The translations under genes were made by a program, and so were the position numbers. The notes under the pieces are model-generated. The model was given only the letters and a program-made list of their open reading frames with translations. It made no database searches and was not told the DNA's origin. Shown here piece by piece: positions 32,101 through 34,112 of a DNA stretch of 34,112 nt. This DNA is from an uncultured Methanosarcinales archaeon (GTDB lineage Archaea; Nanobdellota; Nanobdellia; Woesearchaeales; GW2011-AR9): positions 1-34,112 of the forward strand of contig CAYRMP010000001.1 in assembly GCA_964425545.1 (NCBI GenBank), in the 5' to 3' direction. Each line of letters starts with the position of its first letter. Within the stretch, counting starts at the first letter, position 1.

Positions 32101-32778
32101 GATGCGCCGTTAGTTCTTACGTCTTTCCTTAACCCCACTGAAGTAGATGACCAGGTGCATGGTATAGATGTGGTCTGGAAATATCCCTTAGAAATGTACG
32201 AAGCTTCATTAGGATTAAAAAATCCCTGGGAAGTGCGTTACGGGGCAGAAAAGAAAAAAGTAGAACAGCTTTCAGATTGGTTAGGAACAGAAAAACAATA
32301 TGAGGGTTACGGGTTTACTCACCACGTTGATAATTTCAATAGGGGGATTCAATGTTCGGCCTATAAAATATTACCTTCCATGGAAGAAAAGTTATTTGGG
32401 CAGATGGAGATAGCAAAAAAAGTCCGTGCTGTAGATATGGATGATGTGGCCAAATTAGTTATCCAGAAACATTTCCTGCGTGATATTAAAGGCAATTTGC
32501 GTAAGTTCTCCATGCAGCAATTTCGCTGTGTCAAATGCAACGACAAATACCGCCGGCCGCCACTCATCAACAAATGCGTCACTTGCGGAGGGAGGTTGAT
32601 ATTTACAATCTCTGAAGGTTCGGTGATTAAATATTTAATACCTTCACTTAAGCTTGCAGAAAAATACGACTTTTCCCCGTACCTGAAGCAGACCTTGGAC
32701 CTGCTAAAAGAACAGGTTGACCAAATCTTCGGCAAAGAGAAAGAGAAGCAGGTAGGATTGGGAAGTTTTATGAATTGA
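29188..32778 (+). CDS. polC: DNA polymerase D (II) large subunit DP2
   Basis: 1196 aa with conserved ARMGRPEKAK and RRDCDGDEAAVMLLMD segments. Zinc fingers CNSCN...CEECG...CNYCG and CVKCN...CVTCGG. Collinear across its full length, with no intein-sized insertion. Confidence 0.95.
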   Translation: MKASPHMQQYFDDLGRGIQEAYEIAKAARKKGLDPENEVSIPLAKNMAERVVGLISVVAPQITNSKVTERITELEKEFGLLDWRVGFKIAEEVAQEKHCQFKDKLEAMEVGIRVGFAYLTLGIVSAPLEGFIGLKIKKRKDGKEYFALQYAGPIRGAGGTAASTSVILADYVRIKMGYHPYDPDEREINRFTIEIQDYHERVTNLQYRPSDEEIKFMAAHLPVEVDGDPTEEIEVSNYKDIPRIETNFIRGGMALVMAEGLCQKAPKLWKRLSKWGKDFGLDWGFMSEFLQLKEKIHAQHAASKDKEKTAEAKKVVKANNTFIMDMVAGRPILTYPLGVGGLRLRYGRTRVSGFSAAGLHPATLMVLEKYIAIGTQLKVERPGKAATVTICDTLDGPIVRLKDGSVLKLNTEEEARQNNSEVDEVLFLGDIMFNYGDFSENGHYLAPAGYCPEWWALELEKALKQKYENKLSSAAKELKIELERLEKILSSPLFEFPSFEESLSMSSNLSIPLHPEYTFYWKLVSAEDVLTLLRWLKQGKVKKDEKGIKKIIAPYYQNQEIHHKGKKILEFLGVPHSVINKENIIFERKESSALAICFNFDDQAGLEKIEFSLSQENQEKDGLELISKISPILLRDKAGTFIGARMGRPEKAKMRHLTGSPQVLFPVGDEGDRLRSFQSAMEAGKVQGTFPTFFCNSCNKEMIYLSCEECGKECIKKYHCNYCGALEKETCRHGKSFSYKNTDLDIKYYFTKAKERLGEKLHADLIKGVRSTTNKNHVVEHLAKGILRAKHEIYVNKEGATRYDCTELPITHFKPKEIGTSIGKLQELGYLKDIHDQELSNDNQILELKPQDIILPGFDSLDESAPKVLKRVSQFIDDLLVRFYGLKPFYNIQKEEELAGHLVVALAPHISAGLVGRIIGSSKTQGLLAHPTFHAGLRRDCDGDEAAVMLLMDALLNFSRQFLPNTRGSTMDAPLVLTSFLNPTEVDDQVHGIDVVWKYPLEMYEASLGLKNPWEVRYGAEKKKVEQLSDWLGTEKQYEGYGFTHHVDNFNRGIQCSAYKILPSMEEKLFGQMEIAKKVRAVDMDDVAKLVIQKHFLRDIKGNLRKFSMQQFRCVKCNDKYRRPPLINKCVTCGGRLIFTISEGSVIKYLIPSLKLAEKYDFSPYLKQTLDLLKEQVDQIFGKEKEKQVGLGSFMN

Positions 32779-32807
32779 AAAAGAAAAAAAAAAAAGAAAG
32801 AAAAAAA
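32779..32807 (-). terminator. long oligo-T terminator for the minus-strand Cys-rich lipoprotein gene
   Basis: The minus strand reads TTTTTTTCTTTCTTTTTTTTTTTTTCTTTTT directly after the TAA at 32808..32810. The tract abuts the DP2 stop (32776..32778) on the other strand. Confidence 0.5.
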
Positions 32808-33965
32808 TTATTGTTCTATCTGACTAATTTTTATGCTTGGCGGACCAAACTTTTTGCAATGTTCAGTTCCTTTACATCCTTCTGCTGGCAGGCTTGCATC
32901 GCAGGTTCTTTTAAAACATTGGAAACCTGTTTCGTAACCGCAATGAAACATTTCCGTATTATGTTCAACTGAAGGGTTCTCAAACAGTGCAGGACACTTG
33001 CGTTCGTACAAGTATGCCCCGTAACCAGCATAGTTCATCATAAGGCCGTCTGGATGAAGTTCCGGACTAGGACTAGCATAATATCGAGACCAAAGGCAAG
33101 GAGTTTCTGGATCTACGTAACCAGGCGGAGGAAGACTCATCTGATAATAACCCTTGGATTTTTGCATCATAGCTTCATTATTCCATGTAAACGGGCCCTC
33201 ACCAAAATAGCCCATCGAACAGGCATAATTCCATGCTGTTGGTTCCCCTTCAGGATTTTTCTGAACAGTCCCGCTATCAACAAACAAACCAGAACAAGCA
33301 TCAAGTTCCTTTATAGGGTTAGCCGCGGTGCTTGGCGCAGCAGGATATTTGTTTCCAGTCTGAAGTTGAATTATTTCAACAAATCCTACTTTTGATTGAT
33401 CTACTCCGCCATCACTATCATAGCAGCCAACAGTTGCATAATCTGGCTGATCTAAAAATGTTCCAAGAATTTCTTGGCAAGTATCTACTGCTGGATATAA
33501 TAAAGATTTTTTATAAGTAGTATCAATCACGTGAATCGGGGAGTTCCCTGCACACCGATATCTATCATATTTGATTTCAGTATTACCAAATTCACTACAG
33601 TAATGCGTTTTCTTACCAGCATTTTCAGGTTTATTACAAAATTGAGCCGCCTTACCTTCCACACTAGTATCTGCTACGGAAGGAGCTTGTGTTGATAATT
33701 TGCCCATTACTGTTTTAATCTGTGTCGTAGGAGCCGTTGATGCGGCTTTTGAAATTCCGTATTTAAGGGTAGACTCCTGCCTTACTGCCTGTCCAGCGAA
33801 TGCACTATTGCCCTTACTTTCCAAATCAGCTAGCAACTCTTCCCGCTGTTCGGGAGTCAATTTTGCTAATTCCGCTTCCAATTCTTCATCGGTAATCTGC
33901 GGAGCGCAAGAAACCAAGAACATAAACATCACTAATAAACTCATAACAACTATTATTTTCTTCAT
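32808..33965 (-). CDS. secreted cysteine-rich lipoprotein (385 aa)
   Basis: Signal peptide plus lipobox MKKIIVVMSLLVMFMFLVSCAPQ, with GAGGTG 8 nt upstream of the ATG. A helical acidic linker (EELEAELAKLTPEQREELLADLES) is followed by a Cys-rich globular part that includes CYDSDGGVD. Confidence 0.75.
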   Translation of the reverse strand: MKKIIVVMSLLVMFMFLVSCAPQITDEELEAELAKLTPEQREELLADLESKGNSAFAGQAVRQESTLKYGISKAASTAPTTQIKTVMGKLSTQAPSVADTSVEGKAAQFCNKPENAGKKTHYCSEFGNTEIKYDRYRCAGNSPIHVIDTTYKKSLLYPAVDTCQEILGTFLDQPDYATVGCYDSDGGVDQSKVGFVEIIQLQTGNKYPAAPSTAANPIKELDACSGLFVDSGTVQKNPEGEPTAWNYACSMGYFGEGPFTWNNEAMMQKSKGYYQMSLPPPGYVDPETPCLWSRYYASPSPELHPDGLMMNYAGYGAYLYERKCPALFENPSVEHNTEMFHCGYETGFQCFKRTCDASLPAEGCKGTEHCKKFGPPSIKISQIEQ

Positions 33966-33992
33966 TCATAACACCTCATTTTTTTGAATGTC

Positions 33993-34045
33993 AGTTATAT
34001 AACTGTTTCGATTATATAACTGTCTCGATTATATAACTGTTATGG
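33993..34045. repeat. three tandem 17-bp direct repeats, each with the palindrome TTATATAA
   Basis: AGTTATATAACTGTTTCG / ATTATATAACTGTCTCG / ATTATATAACTGTTATGG lie head to tail, 28-80 nt upstream of the ATG at 33965, with no spacers between them. Confidence 0.85.
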
Positions 34046-34112
34046 GGATTGATTCTAAAAAAGAAAACTCACTCATTCATTATTTCCGCATGGGGGATCT
34101 TATCAATAAAAA

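Noticed and set aside
21338-32778. Inteins in MCM, Orc1/Cdc6 or PolD DP2, which are common in archaeal replication genes.
   Set aside because: Protein lengths (674, 400 and 1196 aa) and uninterrupted collinearity of the conserved motifs leave no room for intein-sized insertions.
32775-32972. Plus-strand ORF starting MKKKKKKERKK.
   Set aside because: It starts in the poly-A tract that serves as the oligo-T terminator of the opposite gene, and it runs antisense through the 3' end of the Cys-rich lipoprotein gene.
33993-34045. Possible miniature CRISPR array.
   Set aside because: The 17-bp units are directly abutting with no spacers and are far shorter than CRISPR repeats. No cas genes are in the window.
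1-34112. tRNA, rRNA, C/D-box sRNA, RNase P RNA or SRP RNA genes in the intergenic spacers.
   Set aside because: All spacers are short and AT-rich. I saw no GC-rich stem-forming stretch of tRNA size and no RUGAUGA...CUGA box pairs. Small ncRNAs cannot be excluded without covariance-model searches.

Overview
AT-rich archaeal chromosomal segment. aRF1, aIF5A, L40e, RNase P Rpp30, TBP, MCM, Orc1/Cdc6 and both PolD subunits identify a PolD-bearing archaeon. Compact genes, streamlined enzymes and many secreted Cys-rich proteins suggest a DPANN-type lineage; that is inference only. Layout, left to right: (1) 0-8.3 kb is housekeeping (YhgE/Pip-like permease, Fap7 kinase, aRF1, aIF5A, an L40e gene missing from the ORF track, S2P protease, HIT). 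It is interrupted by a small accessory islet holding a HEPN-MNT pair, a tandem paralog pair with one copy split by an in-frame TAA, and a DUF45/YgjP-like metalloprotease. (2) 8.3-16.9 kb is an accessory block: an internally duplicated lipoprotein behind a C10/G10 tract, an AbiE-like wHTH+NTase pair, a 1789-aa secreted Cys-rich giant protein, two paralogous 6-Cys mini-lipoproteins and an orphan MNT. (3) 16.9-20.5 kb holds Rpp30, a translationally coupled SAMP/ThiS - TtuA/NcsA - UbaA/MoeB sulfur-relay operon, and a convergent ThiI-like THUMP protein with an eroded PP-loop. (4) 20.7-32.8 kb is a replication island: TBP, MCM, an RPA32/Stn1-like OB+wH protein, a SpoIIM-like membrane protein, a 787-bp AT-rich spacer with inverted ORB-like repeats (predicted oriC), then Orc1/Cdc6, PolD DP1 and DP2. 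(5) 32.8-34.1 kb has another secreted Cys-rich lipoprotein preceded by three tandem 17-bp repeats. I recognised no rRNA, tRNA, CRISPR array, transposase or integrase. All family calls rest on motifs read by eye from the supplied translations; no database search was possible.
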